Shown here: piece after piece, positions 11,701 to 23,826 of the stretch
Layout of the letters: each line of letters begins with the position of its first letter
Position numbering within the stretch: the first letter of the stretch is position 1
From: Macrostomum lignano
Lineage: Eukaryota
Length of the DNA: 64,000 nucleotides
Direction of reading: 5' to 3'
Assembly (NCBI GenBank): GCA_002269645.1
Contig: NIVC01002560.1
Location: 1 to 64,000, forward strand
Notes under the pieces: generated by a model
Told to the model about the DNA's origin: nothing
Seen by the model: the letters and a program-made list of their open reading frames with translations, nothing else
Databases searched by the model: none
Program-made: the position numbers and the translations under genes

Positions 11701-14700
11701 GCCCAAACCGATATATTTATTGAACATTTAACTTTGGGGGGTTGAGCCCAGAATAATAAGGAGAGGGAGTGGAGTGCGCGACTGAAGAGAGAGGCGAGAA
11801 TGGAGAGCCAATCAGAAGGCAGTAAGGGAAAGAGAGATAAGAATAACAAGATTGAGCTAGACAGAGAGAGAGAGAGAAAACAGAGTAAACAGAGACAAGT
11901 GAAGGTGAACTAAGAAATGAATAGGAAAGTCGCGACAATGTCAGTATTGTGCCTAACCCAATCTCACATGCCAAATCATTCGGCAGCCTGGATATCCAGC
12001 TGCGCGCATTCTGGCGCAACCCGCACTTCAACAAGTCGCGCTGGTCCCGCGGCCGCGTCCTTCTAACCGGCGCTACTGGCTTCCTTGGCGCCTTCCTGTT
12101 GCGCGACCTGCTGCGCCTCACCGAAACGCAAGTCTTCTGTTTGGTTCGCGAGACCGGAAGCGGCGACCCTGGGGGCCTGCAGCGGAGGCTGAGATCTACC
12201 CTAGAGCAGTTCCTCATCTTGCGGCCCAAAGGACAGGAGGATGATCAAACAAAGGACCTTGCGGCTGCTTTTGAAGCCCGGGTGACCGTTATTAGGGGTG
12301 AGTGCGCTGCTGGTTGCAAAGTTCGCATTGGAGTTTTGGGCAACCCGACCTACCTGTAGGGAATTTCAGACATATAAGAAGCCTCAGAGTTTCTCCTATC
12401 CTGGTGTCGGCAAATCAGGGCGAAGCTGGCGAAGTCAAGACCTGTTTTCTAAGAAAACTGCAATTCTCATTGTTAAAAACTGACGCCATTCGCAGGAGAC
12501 CTCAGCCTGGTGAAGTTCGGCCTCTCAGAGGATGACTACGCCTTCCTGAGCAGCGAGATCGACGTAGTGATTCACGCTGGTGCCTACGTAAACCTTATTT
12601 ACCCGTACACGGTGAGGGACTCTCCTTATTTGCTGTTTTAGCGCATGCTAGTTGCTCTGCTAGCCCTCTGCAGTCACTCACAGACCGACAAAACCAGAAA
12701 AAGTGCACTGAATTCCGACCATTCACAGGCTCTGTACGGACCGAACGTGCTGGGCACGCAGAACGTGATCCTGTTTGCGTCAGCGGTCCGCGTCAAGCCA
12801 GTGCACTATGTCAGCACCGACGCTGTGTTTCCGAACGGTCTGGCCGACTGCCGCGAGGACGCCGACACCAGCGTCCACGCTCAAGAACTCGCCGACGGAT
12901 ACAGCCAGACCAAATGGGTGGCCGAGCAGCTGCTCATGAAGGCTCGGGCCCGAGGCATGCCGGTGATCGTGTACCGGCTGGGCAACCAAGCCGGGGACCG
13001 GGCCAACGCCGCCTGGAACCCGCAGGACCTGACGCTGCTCATGCTGCAGGTTGGTTGCTGCTGTGGACCCACGGGGTATCAATGGACATAGTTATCTTGC
13101 CGAGTGGCTGTGCGTACTGGTGCAGTTCCTGAAAGAACACTTACTAAGCACTTTTTGCTACTCACCGACTTTCAGGGTGTGCTACGCAGTGGGCAGGCGC
13201 CCCGTCTCAACTGGCGCTTGGAGTTCACTCCGGTAGACTTTACCAGCGAGGTCATCGTGCGCGCCATGGCCCAGCTCAGCCTGCACGCTGGCAAGATTTT
13301 TCACCTGGTTAATCCGCAGCCAATCAGCTTTGACCTGCTCTGCGATTGGTTGTCGGTTAGCGGCTATACCTTGCGCCGCGTGGACTACGCTGATTGGCTG
13401 GTGGAGCTGCGGCAACTAGCTGAGGCCTGCCAGCCAATCGCATCGCTGCTGCGCCTGTTGGAGGAGCTGGCCCCGTCTGGCGGATCCCAGTACTTTGGGC
13501 AGCTCAGCACCTTTGACTCGAGGCAGCTGCGTGCTGCTCTGCCCAGCCTGGGCTTGGAGAGCGGATATCCGGCCATCGAGTCCAGCCTGCTGGCCGTGTA
13601 CGTGGCCCGCCTGGCCGAGCGGGGCCTCCTGCCGCGGGCCAGGAGAAACACCTCCGGCGGAGCGTTGCTAGGCAAGGTTGCCATGGTTACCGGGGCCAGC
13701 AGCGGAATCGGACAGGTGCGAACAGCACCTCACTGTATTGCAAGTGAATGAGAGGTCAATAGAGAATTGTACAATTAAAAGCGTCGAAGTATAGTAGAAT
13801 GTATTTTGGATGTCCGCCATTAGCGAATTAAAATCTATCCATAATTTCTCTTCCGTAAAAAAGCTTCCACCTGGTCCCAAAGCGCATTCAGAATTAAATG
13901 GGAAAAGCTCAATAATTGTTCAACAATTTCCGTCCGCCATGTGAATCCCGAGGTTTCAATTGTTGCATTAAGAAGACAACATCCTGCATCTAGTGAGCTT
14001 GCTGTCCGAAGTCATGCACAAAAGTCCCTGTTTCCCAACAACCACAGGCGGTAGCGCAGGCCCTGGCTAGAGACGGCTGCCAGGTGGCGCTGGTTGCCAG
14101 GCGCGCTGACCAGCTGGAGCAGGTGCGCCAAGGCATTCTGGCTGCGCAGGGCGTGGCGGTCGCCTGCCCAGCCGACGTGACCTCCCGCGCCGAGGTCGAG
14201 GCCGCCGTGGCGCGCTGCCGGTCGCTGCTCGGCCAGCCGGACATCCTGGTGAACAGCGCCGGGGTGATGTACTATACCAGGGCGTTCAGCGGCCTGACGC
14301 ACCTCACCGACCGCACCATCGACGTCAACTGCCGAGGCCTGGTGCACACGGTGGAGGCCGTGCTGCCCATCATGCTGGACAGGGGTGGCGGCCACATCGT
14401 CAACTTGAGCAGCGACGCTGGTCGGGCTCCGTTTCCGGGCTTGGCCGTGTACACGGGCTCCAAATTCTTCGTGGAAGGCTACTCCAGGGCCCTGCGCCTC
14501 GAGGTGGCGAGTCGAGGCCTTCGCGTCACCTGCGTGCAGCCCGGGGACGTGAGAACTCCGCTGCAGGTGAGCAGGTTTTGAGAACAAGAGGCACTGGATT
14601 TCTAATGCTTCTCATTCTGGCTGGCAGGTTTTCCCTCGCAAGCTGAGTCAGAGTGCCTACTGTGATGACTGTAGAGGGACGGTAGAGAGCGTTTCACAAG

Positions 14701-15502
14701 CTCGAAAAAGACTTTCCGGCCCTTTCATTTGCTCGAGACTTCAAAAGCACGAAATGGCAAATAAACGTTACTGTTAAGCTATAGAGAGTTCTTCGGTAGA
14801 TTGTTCGTTGATATGAAATTTCCTATTTTGTGAAGCTTCTATCTTCCGAAAGGGACAATGGGAGCTAGGAAGTGCTGAACAAGCGTATTTTGATTAGCGT
14901 TCATCGGTCGCAATTTCCCAGTCGCTCTGATGTGCCAGCGGCCCGGGCTCGATTCCAAGTGCAGTCGCATTAATTAGGGGCTAAACTGGAATCTCGGCTT
15001 GGCTACTCGTGGAATTCACACCCTTGAGGGCCAACCCCCAAGGCACAGTGAAGTGCACATGCCTAGCGATTAGAAACTCAGGGCCGCTGTACACTCCTGT
15101 GTGAGTGTGTGCCTGCACGTATGACTGCGTACGTATCCGCGCGCTGGTGTGCCTGCTCAGGGGAGTCGGCGGACTGGGCAGCAATGCCTCTCGCCGGTTG
15201 TGTGACAATTTCGCTGCTGTATTTTCGCCACAGACAAAAGAATGGCTTTAATGCTAAAATTCAACTCCATCCACTTATCTCAATTCTCCGCTCCGACCCC
15301 GATGACCCGCATCTCCTTTGCTCAACTGCAGGCCTGCCGGGACGACGCGGATTCGGAAGCGCACAAGGAGTTCAGCGGGCAGGGCAAGTACACCATGCTT
15401 GAGCCGGAGGACGTCGCCAGGGCGATTCTGTACGCTCTGCAGCAGCCGCCGCACGTGGGCGTCAACGAGATCCTGGTGGAGCCTCGGGAGGCACCGATTT
15501 GA
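8703..15502 (+). CDS. ATRR: NRPS-like A-T-R-SDR enzyme, homolog of fungal ATRR glycine betaine reductase (12 exons, ~1307 aa)
   Basis: Exons 8703-8970, 9326-9902, 10031-10298, 10443-10861, 10996-11181, 11352-11579, 11987-12297, 12496-12611, 12729-13049, 13176-13715, 14048-14566, 15332-15502; all GT-AG, phases compatible, total 3924 nt. A domain: YSSGTTGKPKG, CNVFFVWEMLRPL, YRTGDWG, GRCDSMVKIRG, GKLDK. PCP: FFDYGG|HSLLA. Thioester reductase: LTGATGFLG, GYSQTKWVAE. SDR: VTGASSGIG, YTGSK, C-terminus VNEILVEPREAPI. Confidence 0.9.
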
Positions 15503-15603
15503 GCTGCTGCACTTTTTTACTGTTTGCAGGCGATATGGGGACTGAAAGTACCTCGATGGAATTTGAAGGCGTATTTAATAGATTGAGGAAGCATCAGGTG
15601 CGT

Positions 15604-15797
15604 CAGGAGCCACTCTGGGTGTCAGGGGAGCCACTCTGGGTGTCAGGGGGAGCCACTCTGGGTGTCAGGGGGAGCCACTCTGGGTGTCAGGGGGAGCCAC
15701 TCTGGGTGTCAGGGGGAGCCACTCTGGGTGTCAGGGGGAGCCACTCTGGGTGTCAGGGGGAGCCACTCTGGGTGTCAGGGGGAGCCACTCTGGGTGA
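15604..15797. repeat. 21-bp tandem repeat (GGGAGCCACTCTGGGTGTCAG) x~9
   Basis: Near-perfect copies ~100 bp downstream of the ATRR-like stop codon. Confidence 0.95.
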
Positions 15798-17040
15798 GCA
15801 AGGAATTTTATCAATGATAAATTCTGCAATCAGATTTCCAGAGCCTACGAGTCTATGAGGCAGCCAGAACACGGATTCATTTTAGTTTTGTCATCTTTCA
15901 TTCTGTACTTCGCCACCTAGAGCTGGCAGATTTTCGCTATCATTTTTTGCACTTTTTAGAAAGTTTAGCCAGACCTTTAGCTAGTCTCATTTACGCAATC
16001 AGTGTTAGTAACTTGCTTTAACCCTATTTATAATTATTAACATTTTACAAGCGGTGAAGTGTAACAAATAGTTATTCACAGTCAATTCAAGAGCCACTGT
16101 GGCTGACTGCACTGCACCCAGGACGCTGCACTCGCAAATTTTTGGGAATTTGCTGAATTATAGGCGTTGATTCGGAAAGAAACCCGCGTTTACGAGAAAA
16201 ATGAATAAATTAAATAATACCAACTTCTCCCGCTGGCATGCCGAGTGCAGCGTCCTTCTAGCCTAGAAGTCCTTGCCCTCATTCTGGTTGTTCACAAATC
16301 ATAACGAATGATTTACTCCCAGCTTTTATGATTCCGCATTCGCTCCAGCTTTATACAACAATAGTTCGCAATGGTTGTATCTCTTTATGGTTATTATTAC
16401 AATATTATCTTTTTAACTACTAATAGTACGCTCGTAGTTTTTATTTAGCATCTAGCAGTTAGAATTCTTCTGATCAAGTTTATCATATTGCTTAGATCTA
16501 CTACTACTACTACTAGATTATCGACCTAGATGTAGCTCTTTCCGTTCAGTAAATAAACCAGGCACCGGCAACCGGCATTCAAATGTTGAGCGGCAGTTTC
16601 GTATTGGTTAATTTGAAGCTTGACCGGCACAGCGCAAAACAGTGCAAAGGCGTAAAGGCTCTTTCACACCGCTAAAAAGCTAGATGATGTAGAAGTTGAT
16701 GCTGGAGTTGGAGCTGATGGCTCTCATCAATGAGTGCGAAATGATAATGACCTGAAGCAAATACAAAGTTTGGTGCTATGTACTAGTTAGTTATGCATTA
16801 TGCATCAATAATAATATACAGTATTGGTAATAAGGTTTTTTACTGAGATAAGCTCTGCGATAAACAAGGTTTCTTAGAAAATAAAAACTGGACTGTACTT
16901 TTCAAATGACGCTGAGAGCTGAAGCATACTATTGGAAAGTCCAACTGAGGTCTCTGTGGAGTATGGGCCCATAAAGAGGATCTGAAGGTGGCGATGGGCC
17001 TGAAATTTAGGATCTGAAAAGATGGAGGTGGCCCAGTCTG

Positions 17041-17407
17041 TGAGAGTCACACTAGTCAGTGAGAGTCACACTAGCCAGTGAGAATCACGCTAGTCAGTGA
17101 GAATCACACTAGTCAGTGAGAGTCACACTAGTCAGTGAGAGTCACACTAGTCAGTGAGAGTCACACTAGTCAGTGAGAGTCACACTAGTCAGTGAGAGTC
17201 ACACTAGTCAGTGAGAGTCACACTAGTCAGTGAGAGTCACACTAGCCAGTGAGAATCACGCTAGTCAGTGAGAGTCACACTAGTCAGTGAGAATCACGCT
17301 AGTCAGTGAGAATCACACTAGTCAGTGAGAGTCACACTAGCCAGTGAGAGTCACACTAGTCAGTGAGAGTCACACTAGTCAGTGAGAATCACACTAGTCA
17401 GTGAGAA
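17041..17407. repeat. 19-bp tandem repeat (TGAGAGTCACACTAGTCAG) x~19
   Basis: Direct tandem copies with minor variants. Confidence 0.95.
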
Positions 17408-17625
17408 TTGTCACGAGTTCTATAATTAAAACCATGTGCATATTTATTGCGGAAAAAAGCTTTTAATATGCTTCCAAAATAGCAGCTTGAGTTAATCTCT
17501 GTGGCACTGGTTCGCTTCTGCAGAAGACCCTGGCCCATAGAGAAGCTGATGAGGCTGCCAGCCGCAGGCCCTGATTTTCGCACCAAGTGAGTTCAGCGGG
17601 AGGAACCGCGGCCGCTCACGACAGA

Positions 17626-20600
17626 ATGGACTGCGAAGTGGTCACTCAAGTCGACGTCCACAAAAGCAGGGATAACTTCAACGAATCTGAGTCCGGCTCC
17701 AGCGCGTCATCGGTGTCCCGCGATGACTGGCTTCAGCTCGAGATGATGCTGGATTTGTCGCCACCGAGACCAGCCAACGGGCAGATGAGGACCAAAACTA
17801 TGACTAGGGCTACAAAGAGTCTGATGACCAGCACAAAGACTGCAACGGCGGCCCCAGTTTGCGCGGACCGCAGCCAGGGACAGAGCAGCTTGGAGCAGCT
17901 GGACATCTCCGAGTACATGCGGCTGCTTCATAGACTTCGCCGGCGAAGGCGTCTTCTCGGCCTGGGTCGCGGCGCCCGGCAGCAGCTCCAGCGGCTGGAG
18001 GCGGCCCAGCGTCGTCTCCGGCAGCTGCTGGCCAGTCGCGAAGCTGACGAAGGCGAAGAAGGCTGGGAGATCCTGGAGGAGACGGAGGGCGCCGACGATC
18101 GCGACAACTCCTCGTCTGTGACGCTGCTGGACTGCAGCCTGCGGAACTCCAGCAGCCTGGCAGCCGCCAGGGATTCTCAGCGCCAGTCAGCGATGCGGTG
18201 AGCTGCTGTTTGTGTTTGCACCAATTTAGAACCTAAATTGCTGCATATAGTACTGATGAGGGAGCATCAGCGCGAATTTCAAATAAACAAGCGTTCGATA
18301 ACTGTGTTGATTATCTTTGATTCGCCCCCAACTAAAGGGATCCTGGTCACAAAGAAGCTGGTCTCGATGCGGTGGCATTGCGACTGCACCTTCCGATCGA
18401 TAAGCGGGAGCAGAAATCTGACGAGCAAGAGCAGCAAACTGGTGAGCAGCAAGCTGGTGAGCAGCAAGCTGGTGAGCAGCAAGCTGGTGAGCAGCAAGCT
18501 GGTGAGCAGCAAACTGGTGAGCAGCAAGCTGGTGAGCAGCAAGCTGGTGAGCAGCAAACTGGTGAGCAGCAAGCTGGTGAGCAGCAAGCTGGTGAGCAGC
18601 AAGCTGGTGAGCAGCAAGCTGGTGAGCAGCAAACTGGTGAGCAGCAGGCTGATGAGCAGCAAGCTGGTGAGCAGCAAACTGGTGAGCAGCAGGCTGATGA
18701 GCAGCAAGAGCTATCAACCTTGGAAATTCGCCCGTCTGACGAGCCGCTGTCCGCAGGCAGCAATTTGGAGTCCACGAGGCGCCTGCCGCAACTGGCCCTG
18801 CACCTGCCGGATCCGCTGGACGATTCAGCGAAGGCAAAACAGCAGAGAGCTCGCCTGAAGCAGCAGGAGCATCAGCTCACGATGCAGCACCACCAGCAGC
18901 TTCCGCCTCCCAAAGCGGCTCGGCCGTTGCCGCTGCTGCCGAACCCTCCACCGCCAGGTCCAAAGTCAATTTTGGCGCTGACGCAGCTGATGGCCTGCCG
19001 CCTGCCCGAGCCGGTGATCTCTCTCTCCTTTGACCCCGTAGGCCGGCGGCTCATTTGCGCGGAGCCGAGCAGAGGCATCTGCTTCCGCTCTGTCACCTTC
19101 TCCGGGGACGACTTGGCGGCTAGCAAGCGCCTCGACTGGCGCATCTGGGCCCGTTCCGCCTGCGTGCTGCCCTCCGGACATCTGCTGGTAGCGACCACGT
19201 GCAATTTGCAGGTTTGTAGACAGCCAAAAAGTACAGGACACGGAGCATTGAGTACAGGACACAGAGCATTGAGTACAGGACACAGAGCATTGAGTACAGG
19301 ACACAGAGCATTGAGTACAGGACACGGAGCACAGAGTACAGGACACGGAGCATTGAGTACAGGACACGGAGCACAGAGTACAGGACACGGAGCACAGAGT
19401 ACAGGACACAGAGCATTGAGTACAGGACACGGAGCACAGAGTACAGGACACGGAGCACAGAGTACAGGACACAGAGCATTGAGTACAGGACACAGAGCAT
19501 TGAGTACAGGACACGAAGCACAGAGTACAGGACACGGAGCATAGAGTAGTGGACACGGAGCATAGAGTAGTGGACACGGAGCATAGAGTAGTGGACACGG
19601 AGCATAGAGTAGTGGACACGGAGCATAGAGTAGTGGACACGGAGCACAGAGTAGTGGACACGGAACACAGAGTAGTGGACACGGAGCATAGAGTAGTGGA
19701 CACGGAGCATAGAGTAGTGGACACGGAGCACAGAGTAGTGGACACGGAGCACAGAGTAGTGGACACGGAGCACAGAGTAGTGGACACGGAGCACAGAGTA
19801 CAGGACCCGGAGCACAGAGTAGTGGACACGGAACACAGAGTAGTGGACACGGAGCACAGAGTACAGGACCCGGAGCACAGAGTACAGGACACGTAGCACA
19901 GAGTAGTGGACACGGAGCACAGAGTACAGGACCCGGAGCACAGAGTACAGGACACGGAGCACAGAGTAGTGGACACGGAGCACAGAGTACAGGACTCGGA
20001 GCACAGAGTAGTGGACACGGAACACAGAGTAGTGGACACGGAGCACAGAGTACAGGACACGGAGCACAGAGTACAGGACATAAAGCATTGAGTACAGGAC
20101 ACGGAGAACAGAGAGCACAGGACACGGAGCACAGAGTAGTGGACACGGAGCACAGAGTACTGGACACAAATTAAACATACGCATTGACTTATCTAAAGTT
20201 AACTAGCTCAATAGTTTGTTTGGCTAAACTGGTCGCATAAAATCCTCCGCTAGGTGATTCGGCCGGACGGAGTTCGCTTGTCCACGAGCGAGCGCCGCTT
20301 CCCCATCCTGGCCATGGCAGTGTACGAGCGGATCGCCTACATCGCTACCTGCAAGCCGGGCAACGACCAGAAGGGCAACTACTTCATCCAGGTGTTCGAG
20401 CTGCCCCGCCTTACACCGTGGAGTCGGCACCCGTTCAGCGGCTACCATCTGCTGTCCTCGCCAACGGAGATGTGCACCCTGAGCAACCTGGCAGTGATTG
20501 CCCAGACAGACGATGCCGTTCAGGTGATCGAGATCGACTCCGGCCGGCTGCGCCAGAACCTGCAAATGACCTACCGTCGGGGACCGAAGCACGTGGCGGC

Positions 20601-20874
20601 CTGCAACAAGCTGGGCCTGCTGTTCCTGTCCCTGCTGGCCGAGCGCTGCATCCAGATCTACCAGCTGCGCCGGGACGTGCTGGAAAAAGTCGGCAACTTC
20701 CGCGACCCGGCGTTGCTGCCCGGCCCGCTGGCCTGGCTGCCCGTCAACGGCATCCTGTTCTGCGCCTGCAGCTTCGTGGACGATGCGCGGCGCAGCGAGA
20801 TTCGAACTCTGGGCCTGCACGAGGCAGACAGGACCAACTGGACGCCCAGATGCATCCGCCTGATGCCGCTGTGA
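17626..20874 (+). CDS. Uncharacterised protein (~688 aa): low-complexity/coiled N-terminus, (EQQAG)n repeat, C-terminal beta-propeller-like region
   Basis: Exons 17626-18197, 18338-19211, 20254-20874 join in frame through GT-AG introns (2067 nt). GC3-rich coding-like codons. C-terminal part has short beta-strand-like segments with a spacing suggestive of a propeller; no family recognised. Confidence 0.65.
18436..18708 (+). repeat. 15-bp coding tandem repeat (GAGCAGCAAGCTGGT) x~18 encoding EQQ(A/T)G
   Basis: In-frame within exon 2 of the 17626-20874 gene. Confidence 0.9.
19231..20165. repeat. Intronic 21-bp minisatellite (GAGTACAGGACACGGAGCACA / GAGTAGTGGACACGGAGCACA)
   Basis: About 44 copies fill intron 19212-20253; variant types are clustered along the array. 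Confidence 0.95.
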
Positions 20875-21143
20875 CCTGCGTGAAATTCTTGCTTGAAATA
20901 AATTCTTGGTAAATTATTTTTTCACTAACGGATAGCAAAGCAGCCAAACAAAAGCAACTTATCTTGTTTTTTTGCTAAACCGCATAACGCATAACAAGAA
21001 AATAAATTGAAGGAAAACGCATGGGTTTATTGCGCTATGAAGTGTAGTGCGAAGTCTTCGGCACTCTAAAAACATTAATTAACATTGCTAACGGTAAGAG
21101 TTAAATAAAACGATTCAAGGTAGGCCCTTTGACCTGTTAATCA

Positions 21144-21210
21144 ATTGATTGATTGATTGATTGATTGATTTGTGGATTGATTGATTGATTTGTGGATGGA
21201 TTGATTGATG

Positions 21211-21298
<88 letters not shown>

Positions 21299-21327
21299 TG
21301 TTGATTGATTGATTGATTGATTGATTT

Positions 21328-21381
<54 letters not shown>

Positions 21382-21504
21382 TGATTGATTGATTTATTGA
21401 TTGATTAATTGATTGATCGATTTGTTGATGATTGATTTGTTGTTGATTGATTGATTTGTTGTTGATTGATTGATTTGTTGTTGATTGATTGATTTATTGA
21501 TTGA
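21144..21504. repeat. (GATT)n microsatellite, degenerate at the ends
   Basis: Direct reading. Confidence 0.95.
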
Positions 21505-22237
21505 CTCTATTACTTTCCATGAAATTAATACAGGTTATATACGAGCTAGACTATTCGTGAGAAGGCACACACTGATGATGAATTTGAGGCTAATGCAAAC
21601 CAACTGAAGGCGGGAGATTTGAAAGCGGCTGTCTGCGGGTCTTCCAACTCGAAGGCTGGGATCGGCTGCGCTGCTCGCTTTCCAAGACAGCCCGACTACG
21701 GGAAGGCGTCGGTGGTCCAAGCGGACTGGCGTTGGAGTTGGTTCGCTTTGACAACTTTTAGTTGAGATGCAGCTCCTCATTTTTCATTATTATTTTTGCA
21801 ACAGCTCAGAAACATTGCCAACTTTTCTACATCCGAATGATGAATTGATTCAGAACGGATTAGGGACCACACTGACAAAGGACATCCCAGATGTTCTTCA
21901 AATGTCCCGCAGTGCCCCCCTCGTGCCAGGCAGGCGAGCCGCGGCGTGACGAACGGCGTGCGGTAGGCGGATGTCGCTCCTGCTTTCATGCCAAACTGGA
22001 GTCTCTTCGCAGTTCGCTGCGTCCCTGATTTATGCGGTGCGCTGGCGGGGATGTTGGTTGCTGGGGCGCTGGCTACTGCGGATCAGCGGCCACCGAGCTG
22101 GTTGAACGGAAGAGCGATTTCCAGGGCAGGCAACTGGCTGCTTTGGATGGATGGAGGCAGCGAATAGCATTTCTGTGCTGTGTAGCATTTGTGGGGGACG
22201 AGTCCGTGGGAACTTAGGAAAAAGCCGACTGACTGCC

Positions 22238-22592
<355 letters not shown>

Positions 22593-23826
22593 TTGATCTG
22601 AGCAAAGCACTGGGGTCATTCCTTACTTCTTTTTTAGTTTCTTAAGTTACCAGAATTTACAGAAATCTTATACTGGATGACACCGGCAATCCGAATAGGC
22701 TAAAAGTGCATCGGGAGCCTTCGCTAACCAGCGAGTCCCGAGAGCATGACTAAAACTTCCCCTGCGGCGTCCTATCTGAAATTGCTGGCTTGTCGAAAAT
22801 AAGCCATTTTGCAGTAGAGGATCTGCGAAACATACCCCTGGAAGTTTTGTTGGACTTCAACTTCCAGACACGACAGCATTATTTTTTGGCTGGGGAATTT
22901 CGAGATCGGGAATCTGGATTTCACTGGATAGTTCATTAGCTGCGTTTGAGCCTAGTTTAATATCAGCTGGGCCGTATCACCTGTCGCTTGTTATCATCAT
23001 CCATCTTGACAAAGGGCCTCTTGGAGCGCAGCCTGCATTGTGGCATTGTGGTGCAGTCGGGCCTCCACTGCGGGTTGCCCAACCATGCGAGGCGCATCGA
23101 ATGCCAGATATTTGCAAAAGGTACGCGCAGAGCCGTCTGTTGGCCAAACTCGCGTGTCTGCAGCTCGGCAGTTCGGCTTTCAGTGCTGACGTAAAATGTT
23201 TTACGAACGCTCATGAAGGCTGCAACTACTTTGCAGCGCATGGCTTCGGCAGATCTTGGAGCCGGAGTTTCAGCTGTAAATTAAGTTTGGCCTTCCCCTC
23301 AAGGACCACTAGGAACACTTCGTTTTAGTCTAGTAAGTCCTTGCTTCCCCTAAGCTGACACTTACACTTTTATGTTCGTAAGTTTCGGGCTTTAGATCTT
23401 CGATGGGCTTGAATAGAACGCCGTGGTAACTAGATAGAGTGCTGGATAAGTTTTGGTCCTACATTTCACATTATAAATGCATGATCGAGTTGACCAAGTT
23501 AGAGAATCTATAGATAGCTGCGCAGTCTAAGACTATATGCGAATTTGATTCAGCTCAGATCTCGGGTTGCTGCAAGACACCAAAACAAGAGTGCAGAGTA
23601 AAAATGCGCCATAGTGATTCAATTTGATAAGAGTTCTGATTTAATTTCAAACCAAATCAAGCTGAAGGAGTTAAAAATATACAAGTCACAAGGACTACTC
23701 GCTCTGATAAACATGATTTGGTTTGTTTGTGACTCCCCTGATCGAGGCCGAAGGGTTTTCAAACCCAGAAACAGTAATATTGTCGTATTATATGATATGC
23801 CAGCGACATATAAAGCGTATCAGCAG

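Noticed and set aside
8703-15502. Bacterial or fungal contamination as the source of the NRPS-like gene
   Set aside because: It has eleven spliceosomal introns of the same style as the flanking animal genes and sits among the same repeat types; ancient HGT remains open
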